55,026 nucleotides of DNA, taken from an uncultured Methanosarcinales archaeon. Lineage in GTDB: Archaea; Nanobdellota; Nanobdellia; Woesearchaeales; JASKKU01. Shown here one piece after another: positions 1 to 8,729 of the stretch. Position numbers and translations under genes: made by a program. Every line of letters starts with the position of its first letter. Positions within the stretch are counted from its first letter, which is position 1. The stretch lies in NCBI GenBank assembly GCA_964445165.1, contig CAYUJZ010000005.1, positions 1-55,026 on the forward strand, read 5' to 3'. The notes beneath the pieces were generated by a model, which saw only the letters and a list, made by a program, of their open reading frames with translations, was not told where the DNA came from and searched no databases.

Positions 1-2
1 TT

Positions 3-299
3 GATGAAATAAAGAAAGAAGATCAGATACATTATGATTATTACATTAAGCTCTTGAAACTGCAGCATTTGCTGGAGGAAAGCAGGTTTGATGAAGCAGA
101 TAAGCTTATCAGTTATCTAAGCAAAAAGATTTCACAGATAGGGAATGAAAATGAAAAATATAAAGAACTCCTTTCCTCACTCTTAGACAAGCTTAAGAAA
201 AAGGCGGAAGAAAAGAAATCTTCCTCATTTATGTATAAGGTAAAAACCAGGGTAAAAGGACTGGCAGATCTTCTTAAGGAAAAGTTTAGCCAAGATTAA
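3..299 (+). CDS. C-terminal fragment of a hypothetical helical protein (ORF open to the window edge)
   Basis: Frame 3 is open from nt 3. The only start offered is TTG at 54, and the stop is at 297-299. The K/E-rich helical end 'LLEESRFDEADKLISYLSKKI' resembles the C-terminal motif of the proteins at 27770 and 35574. Confidence 0.4.
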   Translation, partial: DEIKKEDQIHYDYYIKLLKLQHLLEESRFDEADKLISYLSKKISQIGNENEKYKELLSSLLDKLKKKAEEKKSSSFMYKVKTRVKGLADLLKEKFSQD

Positions 300-1617
300 A
301 GCTTTTGTCAAAAATAGCTTTCTTAATTGTGCCTACATCATCTTTTAGGAATTCCAGTTCTTCTTTCTTGGCTAGGAAATCGAGTTTTGACTCAATCTTT
401 GTTAAGCTAACAAGCAGCTCCTTTATTGTGTCCTTGTTGCTGTTGGCAGTATTGAAAGACTCATTAATTTTCTTGAGGGATTCCCTAATGTTCTGGCTAA
501 TTATCTCAACTTTTGACGCTGCTTTATCAGTCTCACCGCTCATTTTCTTGATTCTTTCTTCAACACCTTTTATCCGTTCTAGCTCCTTAACAACATTTTC
601 AAAGCTTTTAATCCTACTCATTGTGTTCAGGTATTCATTTAGCTTATCCTCCAAGATTTGGAGTTTATTCTCAACCTTTCCGATAATCGCATCCTTTGTT
701 ATCATCTCCTTATTTATATCCTCAAATCTTTTTTCCATATTCTTCGGGCTAAATGTATTCACGATGAACTTAACATTATTGAAGTCTTCTTCCATCTTGT
801 TGAAAACACGCTCTCTTCCAAGCACTGTGCTTCGGAGTTCTCCTATCTTCTCATTTATTGCCTGTATTCTTTCAGAAGTCTCATCACCTTTTTGAATTAG
901 CATCTCTATCTTTCCAGACAGCTTTGATGCAAAGATAGAGTCCTCCTCAACCTGTTTTTGAAGCTTCTTTATCTTTTTGGATACTTCTCTCTGGCTTAAT
1001 AAATCTATTTTCTCTTCTTTATCTTTGTCATTGTCGTCTTCCTTGCCCTTGTTTTTGTTGAAAAGCGTGCCAAATACTGACTTGTTTTCCTTATTTTCCA
1101 GTTTTTCAAATTCTTCAGGGGTGAAAATATCCTTATCTCTGTCAAATCCTTTTTTCTCTTCCTTCTTTTCGTCTTTTGTTTGCTCTTCTGTTGGCTCTTG
1201 CTTTTGTGGCGGTTCTTTTGCCTTTGCTTCTTGCGCTGTTTTTGGTTGCTCTTCTTCCAGTTTTAGCTTTTCCTGCTGCTCCTTCTGTTTTAATCTCAAT
1301 TCATCCAGCTTTTGCCTTTGTTCTTCTTCCTGTTTCTTTTGGATTTGGTCGGGTTGTTTTTGTTCAAAAACTTCCTTCTTCTCCTGTTTGCTTATAGCTA
1401 ATAGCTCTTTTAAAATATTTTGATCCAGCTTGAATTTTTTGAGTTTTGCAACAATTTCCTCATCATTCTTGCCCTCTCTTCTAGATGTATAGACAATCTC
1501 TTTTGCTATTTGATACTTAAGGTTCTTTAAAACATTCAAGACTTTCTCTCGTCTTCTATTTTGATCTACAGAATCGTTTACTACATCCTTAGAGCGGTTA
1601 TACTCTTCCCCAGGCAA
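286..1617 (-). CDS. Coiled-coil protein with a central K/E/Q-rich low-complexity segment, function unknown
   Basis: 443-codon ORF. The TTG start at 1615-1617 is preceded by GGTGG a few nt upstream, and the first ATG is far internal. The C-terminal half is long and heptad-like. The antisense ORFs 305-895 and 977-1423 are S/L/F-rich mirror artefacts. Confidence 0.6.
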   Translation of the reverse strand: MPGEEYNRSKDVVNDSVDQNRRREKVLNVLKNLKYQIAKEIVYTSRREGKNDEEIVAKLKKFKLDQNILKELLAISKQEKKEVFEQKQPDQIQKKQEEEQRQKLDELRLKQKEQQEKLKLEEEQPKTAQEAKAKEPPQKQEPTEEQTKDEKKEEKKGFDRDKDIFTPEEFEKLENKENKSVFGTLFNKNKGKEDDNDKDKEEKIDLLSQREVSKKIKKLQKQVEEDSIFASKLSGKIEMLIQKGDETSERIQAINEKIGELRSTVLGRERVFNKMEEDFNNVKFIVNTFSPKNMEKRFEDINKEMITKDAIIGKVENKLQILEDKLNEYLNTMSRIKSFENVVKELERIKGVEERIKKMSGETDKAASKVEIISQNIRESLKKINESFNTANSNKDTIKELLVSLTKIESKLDFLAKKEELEFLKDDVGTIKKAIFDKSFNLG

Positions 1618-1761
1618 AAAACCACCTTTTTTTGATATTGCAGTAATTTAAGTTAATTACTTTTATAAATCTTTTTACTCGAAGAGGTTCTCCACTTTAA
1701 AATTACGACAGAAGCAGGCATTTGCCTTTTGCAAGTGTTAAAGCTGGTTAAAGAAGTTTGC

Positions 1762-1884
1762 TGCCGGCGGGGGGAATTGAACCCCCGACTTCCAGATGCC
1801 TCAGCAGAGCGTTTTATCATTGCACATGGCTCAACACTCAAATCTTATGAGTCTGGCGCTCTAACCAGGCTAAACTACGCCGGC
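1762..1884 (-). tRNA. tRNA-Met (anticodon CAT, G1-C72 so elongator-type or Ile2-type) with a 48-nt intron at the canonical 37/38 position (intron 1798-1845)
   Basis: Hand-folded cloverleaf with acceptor GCCGGCG/CGCCGGC, D stem GTTT/GAGC, anticodon stem CCAGA/TCTGG, loop CTCATA|A and T arm GGGGG-TTCAATT-CCCCC. Intron nt 43-46 (UGAG) pair with loop nt 32-35 (CUCA) as a 4-bp helix flanked by two 3-nt bulges (UA|A and GC|A), which is a BHB motif. A TATA-like element, gttttaaaa on the minus strand, lies at 1910-1918. Confidence 0.85.
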
Positions 1885-1962
1885 GCATCTGATTGAGCAA
1901 AGCCTTTTCTTTTAAAACTTTTTGCTTCTCTTTCTCCCAAGTGTCACTTTCCAATAGTAACC

Positions 1963-1970
1963 TTTAAATA
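1963..1970 (+). promoter_or_regulatory. TATA box (TTTAAATA) about 25 nt upstream of the ATG at 1995; implies a leaderless or very short-leader mRNA
   Basis: Exact TTTAAATA at 1963-1970. The same element and spacing recur in front of many genes and all four tRNAs in this window. Confidence 0.45.
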
Positions 1971-1994
1971 CTGCTCTTCTTTCCTTTTCCATGT

Positions 1995-2912
1995 ATGAAA
2001 CCAAAAATAAAGAATTATAACAACACTTTTTACAGGCCTCCTGATTTTACAGGGCTTTCAGAGCTGATACTTTTTCCTGACAGTGAAGTAAAAAGGAGAG
2101 GCTCTTATGATATTCCCAACAGCACGATATGGGTTTTTGATACAAGAAATCATAAGCATAAGTATATTTCCCAAATACTTCATGATGATGTAGGGTGCGG
2201 TATGACTGCATTTATTACTGAGCCTCTTGATATTAAAGCAGCCGCTGATAATGTTTTAGGTGAATTAAAAGGAAAAAAGATACTAGGCCGGGGAAATCAT
2301 TTTGTAGATTTCTGCTCTGGAATAAAGTCTCTTAGCGAAGACTACAAAAGCCATAACCTTATGCTTTTACATACAGACGTAAAAAGCTATAATCCCGAAT
2401 TGCCGACAAGCATTGATGAAGCCGTTCAAAAGCAGCGTGATGCTGAAGAATTCAGAGAGATGCTTGGTTCAAGCCTTCTTGAAAAGCTTGGCGCGAGCTA
2501 TCAGCTCTTGGGAAACTGGAACCACAATTCTGTTGAGTCTATTGATGCTGATGATAAGGTTGTATATAGAAAAGGAGTTGTAAAGCTAAACCCGGGTGAA
2601 TTGGGGGTTTTCCCTGCCAGCCTTGGAAGAATGATTCTTTTTTATACTCTAAATGAAGATACTCCACCCGAATACAATTCTTTTCCACATGCAACAGGAA
2701 GAGCAGGGCCGAGAGGCGCTACAAAAGTTTCACTGGAGGAAGCTTCAGAATTAAGAAACAGCTTGTATATCCCTGAAGAAATAAAAGACACAGCGCTGCG
2801 TTCTGAGCATCCCAGCTGCTACAACGATTTTGAAAATATCTTGAATAAACTATCTAAAAAAATTCATCTTATCGGAGAATCAGAAATTCTTGGCTACGTC
2901 GGCAAAGTTTAA
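1995..2912 (+). CDS. Compact RtcB-like RNA ligase homologue (305 aa)
   Basis: The order and spacing of RtcB-type motifs are kept: 'HDDVGCGM', 'GRGNHFVDF', 'NWNHNSVE', 'YRKGVV..FPASLG', 'PHATGRAGPRG' (position of the His nucleophile) and a C-terminal 'YVGKV'. It is much shorter than typical RtcB proteins (over 400 aa). Confidence 0.5.
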   Translation: MKPKIKNYNNTFYRPPDFTGLSELILFPDSEVKRRGSYDIPNSTIWVFDTRNHKHKYISQILHDDVGCGMTAFITEPLDIKAAADNVLGELKGKKILGRGNHFVDFCSGIKSLSEDYKSHNLMLLHTDVKSYNPELPTSIDEAVQKQRDAEEFREMLGSSLLEKLGASYQLLGNWNHNSVESIDADDKVVYRKGVVKLNPGELGVFPASLGRMILFYTLNEDTPPEYNSFPHATGRAGPRGATKVSLEEASELRNSLYIPEEIKDTALRSEHPSCYNDFENILNKLSKKIHLIGESEILGYVGKV

Positions 2913-3745
2913 GCTGCAATTAAGTGAATCTCTTTCTTCTTTCCATGGATTATGACAGTTAAATTTATGTGGGGCTCTTTTAAGTCTGTGTTCAGGTCTA
3001 TTTCTGGCTCCTGGGTTTTTCTCCACCATCTCCTGAATATAACCCTGTAGCGTGGGTCCTCCCAGCTATTTATAATCTCAGCTTCTCTCTGAAAATCGGA
3101 CAGTTGCTCTTTGCTCATTCTCACACAATTGCCTTTAGCTTCATGCACTTTGACTACTAAAGGCACTAGTTTTAAAGAAACAGCCTCCTTTGCTGCTTTT
3201 TCCTGCTTTTTCTCAGAGTCATGAAAATCTTTAGAAAGCTTGCCTACTTCTGCAATCACTGCATTGAGCTTTGCAAGAGTATCTCTCTCATTCTCTTTTT
3301 TATAAAGAAAATTCTCAATTATTTTATCAGAGCCAGCAATCACTTTCTCTATGTCTTTCAGTAGCTTTAGAATCCGCTTAAGCTCCTGTTTCTCTATCTC
3401 ACTTACAGGCCTGTTTTTATTAAGGTTTTCTGCATGAAAGAATCTTCTTTCACTCTCTTTTTCAAGCTTAGTCAAGGCATAAATAAGCCCTGCTTCTTTA
3501 TTTTTAATGGTATCATCAAGAAAGTCTCCCTTTTCTTTGTGAAGGAAGCCCGTAGGGCCAGCTTTTCCGCGCTTAATCTTAGCAACCATCTTTTTATCAA
3601 CAATCTCTTTCTGAAGTTTTCTTATTTTTTCTAATTTATCTCGATTCTTATGGGCTTTTTCATTGATTTCAGAGTAAAGTTCAATAATATCAGGATGTGG
3701 CTCATTTCTTTGAAATAGGCTCAAGACATATTCAAAAAAGCTCAT
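2909..3745 (-). CDS. Hypothetical coiled-coil protein (278 aa)
   Basis: Long ORF whose ATG overlaps the stop of the upstream pyruvate-kinase-like gene by 4 nt (3742-3745). No recognisable motif. Confidence 0.6.
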   Translation of the reverse strand: MSFFEYVLSLFQRNEPHPDIIELYSEINEKAHKNRDKLEKIRKLQKEIVDKKMVAKIKRGKAGPTGFLHKEKGDFLDDTIKNKEAGLIYALTKLEKESERRFFHAENLNKNRPVSEIEKQELKRILKLLKDIEKVIAGSDKIIENFLYKKENERDTLAKLNAVIAEVGKLSKDFHDSEKKQEKAAKEAVSLKLVPLVVKVHEAKGNCVRMSKEQLSDFQREAEIINSWEDPRYRVIFRRWWRKTQEPEIDLNTDLKEPHINLTVIIHGKKKEIHLIAA

Positions 3746-4461
3746 TTGTTCTCTCCTCCTCTAAAAGGGCATGTTTCACTTGACTCTACCACAGAGCGCA
3801 TTACCCTTACAGCCTCAATAGGGTATTTGCCTATGGCTGTTTCTTCAGAAAGCATCACTGCAGACGCATTGTCAAACACAGCATTCCCAACATCAGAAAC
3901 CTCAGCCCTTGTAGGTGTTGGGCTTTTTACCATGGATAATAGCATTTCCGTAGCTATCACGAGAAATTTGCCTTTTTCTATTGTTTTTCTTGTAAGCATC
4001 TTTTGGATGCAGGGCAGCCTTTCAAGGCTGACAGACTCTCCCAGGTCTCCCCTGCCCACCATAATGCCATCGGATGCGTCCAGAATCTTATCAAAGCTCT
4101 TTACCCCTTTTTTGCACTCAATCTTTGAAATAATCATTGTGCCCTCGGGAAACATCTTCCTTATCTTTATTGCTTGGGAAGCAGTTTCAACAAAAGATAC
4201 AGCAACAATATCGGGAATCGCCATCCCCTCAAAAATCTCCCATTTGCCAGGCTTCAGGTCAAACAATAGCAGGGCTTTGCTTTTTCTTCTCTTGTTTTCT
4301 TTCTTTATTTCATCTGTTAATGCTTTGTACTGCCTCTTTGTTCCATAGGCAGAATTAAACCTTATGATGTCAGCACCCTCCTTGATAAGCATCTTGAGCA
4401 CATTCTTGCCAAGGCTTGCAGGGCCTGCAGTTGCAATGATTTTTGTTTTTCTTGCTCCCAT
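3742..4461 (-). CDS. Pyruvate kinase-like protein, A (TIM barrel) domain only (239 aa)
   Basis: PK signature blocks occur in order: 'KTKIIATAGPAS', 'IIRFNSAYG', 'LFDLKPG', 'ISKIECKKG', 'IMVGRGDLG', 'VIATEMLLSM', 'PTRAEVSDVGNAV', 'VMLSEETAIGKYP'. The B (lid) domain is reduced to a few residues and there is no C-terminal domain. Confidence 0.65.
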   Translation of the reverse strand: MGARKTKIIATAGPASLGKNVLKMLIKEGADIIRFNSAYGTKRQYKALTDEIKKENKRRKSKALLLFDLKPGKWEIFEGMAIPDIVAVSFVETASQAIKIRKMFPEGTMIISKIECKKGVKSFDKILDASDGIMVGRGDLGESVSLERLPCIQKMLTRKTIEKGKFLVIATEMLLSMVKSPTPTRAEVSDVGNAVFDNASAVMLSEETAIGKYPIEAVRVMRSVVESSETCPFRGGENK

Positions 4462-4552
4462 TCTGCTTCCTGTGTTCTTTTAAGTTATAAATCTTCTTTT
4501 TTAGTAGAATTAATTCTCAAAAAGCTTAAATACAACCAGTAACCTTTGCGAA

Positions 4553-4984
4553 ATGATGAACCAAAATCCAGCAGAAACAAACACAAACCCGACAAAACTT
4601 TTCTTAAGAGACCTTTCAGAGATGGGCTACTCCTCTAATTCATCAACATATAATGGCTATTCTGGCTCATCCTCAACTCAAATCAGGCTTTTTAAGGATA
4701 TTTATGTCGCTTTTTCCGAAACTGAATTAGGTGAGCTAGCTAATGAAAGCCTTCATATTGGTGACATGCTTATAGATAGAGATCCAAAAGATAATAATAG
4801 ATTGGTTTGCATCCTAAAGATGGAAGAGCTACGGTTCCAGAAAGAGCTTGAGCCAGTATTAGAAAAGCTGTCAGAAAAATACAATATGAAACTTGTCCTC
4901 AATAAACTTGCATGCGAGATAAGCCCAGATTTATCTGATGATATTGACCTCTTATTATTCAAGGATTTTGAAGATTATGAATAA
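4553..4984 (+). CDS. Hypothetical protein (143 aa)
   Basis: ORF with ATG at 4553 and a TATA-like CTTAAATA at 4525-4532. No recognisable motif. Confidence 0.55.
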   Translation: MMNQNPAETNTNPTKLFLRDLSEMGYSSNSSTYNGYSGSSSTQIRLFKDIYVAFSETELGELANESLHIGDMLIDRDPKDNNRLVCILKMEELRFQKELEPVLEKLSEKYNMKLVLNKLACEISPDLSDDIDLLLFKDFEDYE

Positions 4985-4998
4985 CAAAATTTAATAAT

Positions 4999-5014
4999 AA
5001 AAAACAAAAAAAAA
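4999..5014 (-). terminator. Oligo-T tract (TTTTTTTTTGTTTTTT on the minus strand) downstream of the helicase/Zn-ribbon genes
   Basis: The A-run at 4999-5014 on the plus strand lies about 30 nt past the stop at 5044. Archaeal termination typically uses T-tracts. Confidence 0.4.
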
Positions 5015-5043
5015 CTCAAACGCTTAAACTAGCCGAAAAAGAA

Positions 5044-5208
5044 TCAGAACCTTCTTCTTTTAGAGTAGCACTCTTTGCAGTACACTGGCTTGCCTTCAGT
5101 TGGCTTGAAAGGAACTTCACATTCCTGTCCGCACTCTGAGCAGACTGCCTTGTGCATCTCTCGTGGCCCAAAATTGTTTCGGAAGCCACCTCTGTTAAAA
5201 TCTCCCAT
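5044..5208 (-). CDS. Small zinc-ribbon protein with an RGG-like N-terminus and CxxC-x17-CxxC
   Basis: 'MGDFNRGGFRNNFGPRE..CSECGQECEVPFKPTEGKPVYCKECYSKRRRF'. The ATG at 5206-5208 is preceded by GGAGG 6-7 nt upstream. The longer TTG-started ORF reaching 5265 is less likely. Confidence 0.6.
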   Translation of the reverse strand: MGDFNRGGFRNNFGPREMHKAVCSECGQECEVPFKPTEGKPVYCKECYSKRRRF

Positions 5209-5298
5209 TTTTTTCCTCCGTTTTAGCATAAAAGAATTCTTTAAGAAATCGGTTATGCTTAACAAAGGCGTAATTGGGTTTCTTTATAAACCTTGCGG

Positions 5299-6504
5299 TT
5301 ATCTTCTCTGCCTGTTTCCCCTGTTTCTGTTAAAACCCCTGTTTCCCTGCTGAAAAGGCCTGCCTCTCTGCTGAGGTCTGGAGAAACTTAGCTGCTTTAC
5401 CTTAGGTGTTTCCAATCTTTCCACAGAAAGCGACCTGTCCTCAAGAATCCTTGCAAAATTCTCATAGTCATCATCAGAAACCAGGGAAATTACCTTTCCC
5501 TGCTCTCCTGCTCTTGCTGTCCTGCCTATCCTGTGCACATACTCCAATGCGGTTTTAGGCAGGCTGTAGTTGATTATAAGGGTAACATCCTTGATGTCAA
5601 GCCCTCTTGCAGCCACATCTGTCGCAACAAGTACAGAAAGCTCCTTCCTGTGAAACGCATCCATCACCTGTTTCCTTACATGTTGGGTTATTCCCCCATG
5701 AAGCGCTTTTGATTTTATGGATTGATTCAGCAGGTTCCTGTTTACAGAGTCAACAAGATGCCTTGTTCCGCAGAAGACGATAGTAAGCCCATCAGCATGC
5801 TCCTTAAGTATATGCACAAGAAGCGAGAACTTCTCACGCCTGCTCACATCATAGTAAAACTGGGCAAGCTTGCCCTCATCAACATGGCTCTGCATCCTTA
5901 CCTTTTTTGGATGGTTCATGTAAGCATCAACAATATCCATTATTGCAGTAGGCATGGTGGCGCTAAAAAGCAATTTCTGGCTGTCTTCAGGAATTCTCGA
6001 TATAATTCTCTTAATATCATCAATGAATCCCATCTCGAACATCTTGTCAGCTTCGTCAAGCACAAGCATCTTTACCTTGCTTAAGTCCATGGTGCCTCTG
6101 GAAAGATGATCTAATAGCCTGCCCGGTGTTCCGAGCACAACATCAGCCCTTTCAAGATTGCGAATCTGAGGCATTATTGAAACCCCTCCGTAAACATCAA
6201 CAATCTGCATTTTTTTGTACTTTGTAAATTTCTTAAACTCCCTGGTGACCTGGTTGCATAACTCCCTCGTGGGCAGTATAACAAGCAGCTGGATGCCTTC
6301 TCCAGGCACAACCTTTTCAAGAGTAGGAAACCCAAAAGCAGCGGTTTTCCCCGATCCTGTGAAGGAAAGCCCTATTAGGTCTTCCCCATTCTGAATCATT
6401 GGTATGGACTTCTCCTGAATCTCTGTAAATTCATCAAAGCCCAGGTCCAGCAGAGCCCTTTCAAACTCTGGCTTTAATTTTATTCCGTTCGTTTTCATAT
6501 CCAC
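5299..6504 (-). CDS. DEAD-box ATP-dependent RNA helicase with an R/G/N-rich C-terminal tail
   Basis: Motifs Q 'FTEIQ', I 'TGSGKT', Ia 'PTREL', Ib 'TPGRL', II 'DEAD', III 'SAT', V 'VATDVAARGLD' and VI 'HRIGRTAR'. The tail is 'QQRGRPFQQGNRGFNRNRGNRQRR'. Confidence 0.95.
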   Translation of the reverse strand: MDMKTNGIKLKPEFERALLDLGFDEFTEIQEKSIPMIQNGEDLIGLSFTGSGKTAAFGFPTLEKVVPGEGIQLLVILPTRELCNQVTREFKKFTKYKKMQIVDVYGGVSIMPQIRNLERADVVLGTPGRLLDHLSRGTMDLSKVKMLVLDEADKMFEMGFIDDIKRIISRIPEDSQKLLFSATMPTAIMDIVDAYMNHPKKVRMQSHVDEGKLAQFYYDVSRREKFSLLVHILKEHADGLTIVFCGTRHLVDSVNRNLLNQSIKSKALHGGITQHVRKQVMDAFHRKELSVLVATDVAARGLDIKDVTLIINYSLPKTALEYVHRIGRTARAGEQGKVISLVSDDDYENFARILEDRSLSVERLETPKVKQLSFSRPQQRGRPFQQGNRGFNRNRGNRQRR

Positions 6505-6568
6505 AAGGATTTTGAGGTTGCTTTTAAATCTTTACAATTTAAAAAAAGAAATTTTATTAATAAGCCCA

Positions 6569-7324
6569 ATGCCAACGCTAACTATGGCACCAATTATAAT
6601 AGTTCTTATAATAAGTGTCCTCGGGCCAGTTGTTGGCTCTCTAATTGGCGTTATAAAAAAGCCAACCTCTAGCTTCATTCACTTAATGCTTGCTTTTGCA
6701 GCAGGGGTTATGCTTGCAGTATCTTTTCTTGAGTTAATACCTGAATCAGTAGAGCTCTCTGGGGCTTTTCTTGCAGTAGTTGGAATCGTTATTGGTTCGG
6801 TTATTATGTATGCTTTAGATAAGCTTATTCCGCATATTCACCCGGAATTATGCAGCCAGGAGCAGGGCGCGAGTCTCAAGAAAACCTCAATCTATTTAAT
6901 ACTTGGAATCTTCCTGCACAACTTTCCTGAGGGCATGGCAATTGCAATTGGCAGGGTTACAGACTTCAGGACAGCTCTTATAATTGCAATCTCAATAGCA
7001 ATCCACAACATCGCAGAAGGCATCTGCACAAGCGCCCCTTTCTATTTCTGCACAAAGAAAAGGCTCAAGTCTTTCCTTGTTTCATCTATGACAGCAATTC
7101 CAATTCTGGTTGGCTTTATAGTAGCTTATTTCGCTTTTGGCATGCTCAGCCCAACTTTGGTTGGAATCATTCTTGCAGCCACAGCAGGCCTTATGATTTA
7201 CATCTCAGCAGATGAGCTGATTCCAAGCGCCTGCAGCAAGGCTAGAAAAGAATGGAGCCACGCAACAATCTTTGCACTTATTGCGGGTATTGTGCTTGTG
7301 ATGCTTTTGGGGCTGGTTGTGTGA
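6569..7324 (+). CDS. zupT: ZIP-family divalent metal transporter (ZupT-like)
   Basis: Polytopic membrane protein with paired 'HNFPEGMAIA' and 'HNIAEGI' motifs. I prefer the ATG at 6569 over the TTG at 6512. TTTTAAAT lies at 6522-6529. Confidence 0.85.
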   Translation: MPTLTMAPIIIVLIISVLGPVVGSLIGVIKKPTSSFIHLMLAFAAGVMLAVSFLELIPESVELSGAFLAVVGIVIGSVIMYALDKLIPHIHPELCSQEQGASLKKTSIYLILGIFLHNFPEGMAIAIGRVTDFRTALIIAISIAIHNIAEGICTSAPFYFCTKKRLKSFLVSSMTAIPILVGFIVAYFAFGMLSPTLVGIILAATAGLMIYISADELIPSACSKARKEWSHATIFALIAGIVLVMLLGLVV

Positions 7325-7378
7325 TTCTCTTGGAAAAGCAAAAACTCTTTAAATCAGCCAATCTTTACAGGTGTTAAA

Positions 7379-8410
7379 ATGAGCCCGGAAGAAAAAAAAC
7401 AGCTGATAGTAAGAGACCTGCAGGAAGTAGTCGGAGAGGAAGAGCTTCTTGAAATCCTGAAAAAGAGGATCCTTAAGGTATATTGGGGCGCAGCAACAAC
7501 AGGCAAGCCTCACGTTGGCTACTTTGTACCCATGTTTAAGATAGCTGACCTGCTGAATGCCGGCTCAGAAGTCACAATCCTCTTTGCAAACCTTCATGCC
7601 TACTTAGACAACATGAAGACAAGCTGGGAACTCCTGGAAAAAAGAACCGAGTTCTACCAGCTTGTAATAAAAGAGATGCTTAAAAGAGTTAATGTTCCTC
7701 TTGAAAAGCTGAAATTCATCAAAGGCACAGACTTCCAGCTTCAGGAAAAATATACGCTTGACATGTATAAGGTTGCAGCCCTTTCCACTGTGAAAGATAC
7801 ACAGAAAGCAGGCGCAGAGGTAGTAAAGCAGATGGAGAACCCAAAGATGAGCAGCCTGGTTTACCCGATACTGCAAGCCCTGGATGAAGTCTATTTAGGT
7901 GCAGATGCACAGTTCGGGGGAGTAGACCAGAGGAAAATCTTCATGTTTGCCCGAGAATTCCTTCCAAAAATTGGCTATAATAAAAGGATTCACCTAATGA
8001 ATCCAATGGTGCCAGGACTTGGACAGGGCGGCAAGATGAGCAGCAGCGACCCAAACTCCAAGATAGACTTTGAAGACTCTGACAAGGAAATTGGAAAAAA
8101 GATTAACAAGGCTTACTCTGAAGATGGCGTGGTTGAGGATAACGGCCTGCTTGCAATGGCGAAATATGTAATCTTTAAGTTCCTTGAAAAGGAAAAAAGA
8201 GACTTCAAAATCAGCAGGCCTGAGAAATATGGAGGCAATGTTTCCTACAAGTCCTATGAAGAACTGGAGCTGGACTTTAAAGACAGGAAGCTTTCCTCCA
8301 TAGACCTTAAGTCAGGGATGTCTGAAGAGCTGATTAAGCTCATAGCACCAATCCGGGAAGTTCTCCTTAAGCACAAGAAGCTGATACAGGAGGCATATCC
8401 AGAAAAATAA
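7379..8410 (+). CDS. tyrS: Tyrosyl-tRNA synthetase (archaeal/eukaryotic type)
   Basis: HIGH-type 'PHVGY' and KMSKS-type 'KMSSS' motifs, 343 aa, with a TATA-like CTTTAAAT at 7347-7354. Confidence 0.95.
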   Translation: MSPEEKKQLIVRDLQEVVGEEELLEILKKRILKVYWGAATTGKPHVGYFVPMFKIADLLNAGSEVTILFANLHAYLDNMKTSWELLEKRTEFYQLVIKEMLKRVNVPLEKLKFIKGTDFQLQEKYTLDMYKVAALSTVKDTQKAGAEVVKQMENPKMSSLVYPILQALDEVYLGADAQFGGVDQRKIFMFAREFLPKIGYNKRIHLMNPMVPGLGQGGKMSSSDPNSKIDFEDSDKEIGKKINKAYSEDGVVEDNGLLAMAKYVIFKFLEKEKRDFKISRPEKYGGNVSYKSYEELELDFKDRKLSSIDLKSGMSEELIKLIAPIREVLLKHKKLIQEAYPEK

Positions 8411-8414
8411 CTTT

Positions 8415-8729
8415 CTATAATTCTGATTTAAGCTTTTTCATCTTTTCCTTAATCAGCTTTACCAGCTCCGGCTGGCCGCAGTAGTAAATGTCAGGGATGC
8501 CAAGGCAGGCAATTCTATTCTTAAGGCATTCAGCCGGAAACCTCTGCTGCAGCTCATCCTGCTGGAAATCTTCCATCACAATAATTAATTCTGCCCACTC
8601 AACATCATTTTTAGATACAGGCGTTAGGCTGAACAGCCCGGCATACCTAATTTCATATTTGTCTTTAAAGAGATTAGCAGCAGTCCTGCTTCTGTGTTTT
8701 CCCTGGTTGCATACAAAAAGCATTCTCAT
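8415..8729 (-). CDS. Small low-molecular-weight protein tyrosine phosphatase-like protein
   Basis: N-terminal CX5R(S) P-loop 'VCNQGKHRSRTA'. About 104 aa counting from the ATG at 8727-8729; the ORF track starts at a GTG at 8747. Confidence 0.6.
   Translation of the reverse strand: MRMLFVCNQGKHRSRTAANLFKDKYEIRYAGLFSLTPVSKNDVEWAELIIVMEDFQQDELQQRFPAECLKNRIACLGIPDIYYCGQPELVKLIKEKMKKLKSEL

Noticed and set aside
305-1423. Plus-strand ORFs 305-895, 658-900, 977-1423 and 1176-1397, antisense to the coiled-coil gene.
   Set aside because: This is the same mirror-codon artefact: serine/leucine/phenylalanine runs. The minus-strand 443-codon ORF explains the region.
1798-1845. Possible box C/D sRNA inside the tRNA-Met intron (AAUGAUA ... 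CUGA), by analogy with intron-encoded guides in some archaeal pre-tRNAs.
   Set aside because: The CUGA is already used as one strand of the BHB central helix (UGAG pairs with CUCA). The C-like box deviates from RUGAUGA, and there are no C'/D' boxes. The best guide-target match to the tRNA is only 6 nt (AGAGCG).
5209-5301. The helicase and the downstream zinc-ribbon ORF are in the same reading frame, suggesting stop-codon read-through or a recently split gene.
   Set aside because: Two in-frame TAA stops (5299-5301 and 5284-5286) separate them, and the ribbon gene has its own GGAGG plus ATG at 5208. Sharing a frame has a one-in-three chance anyway.
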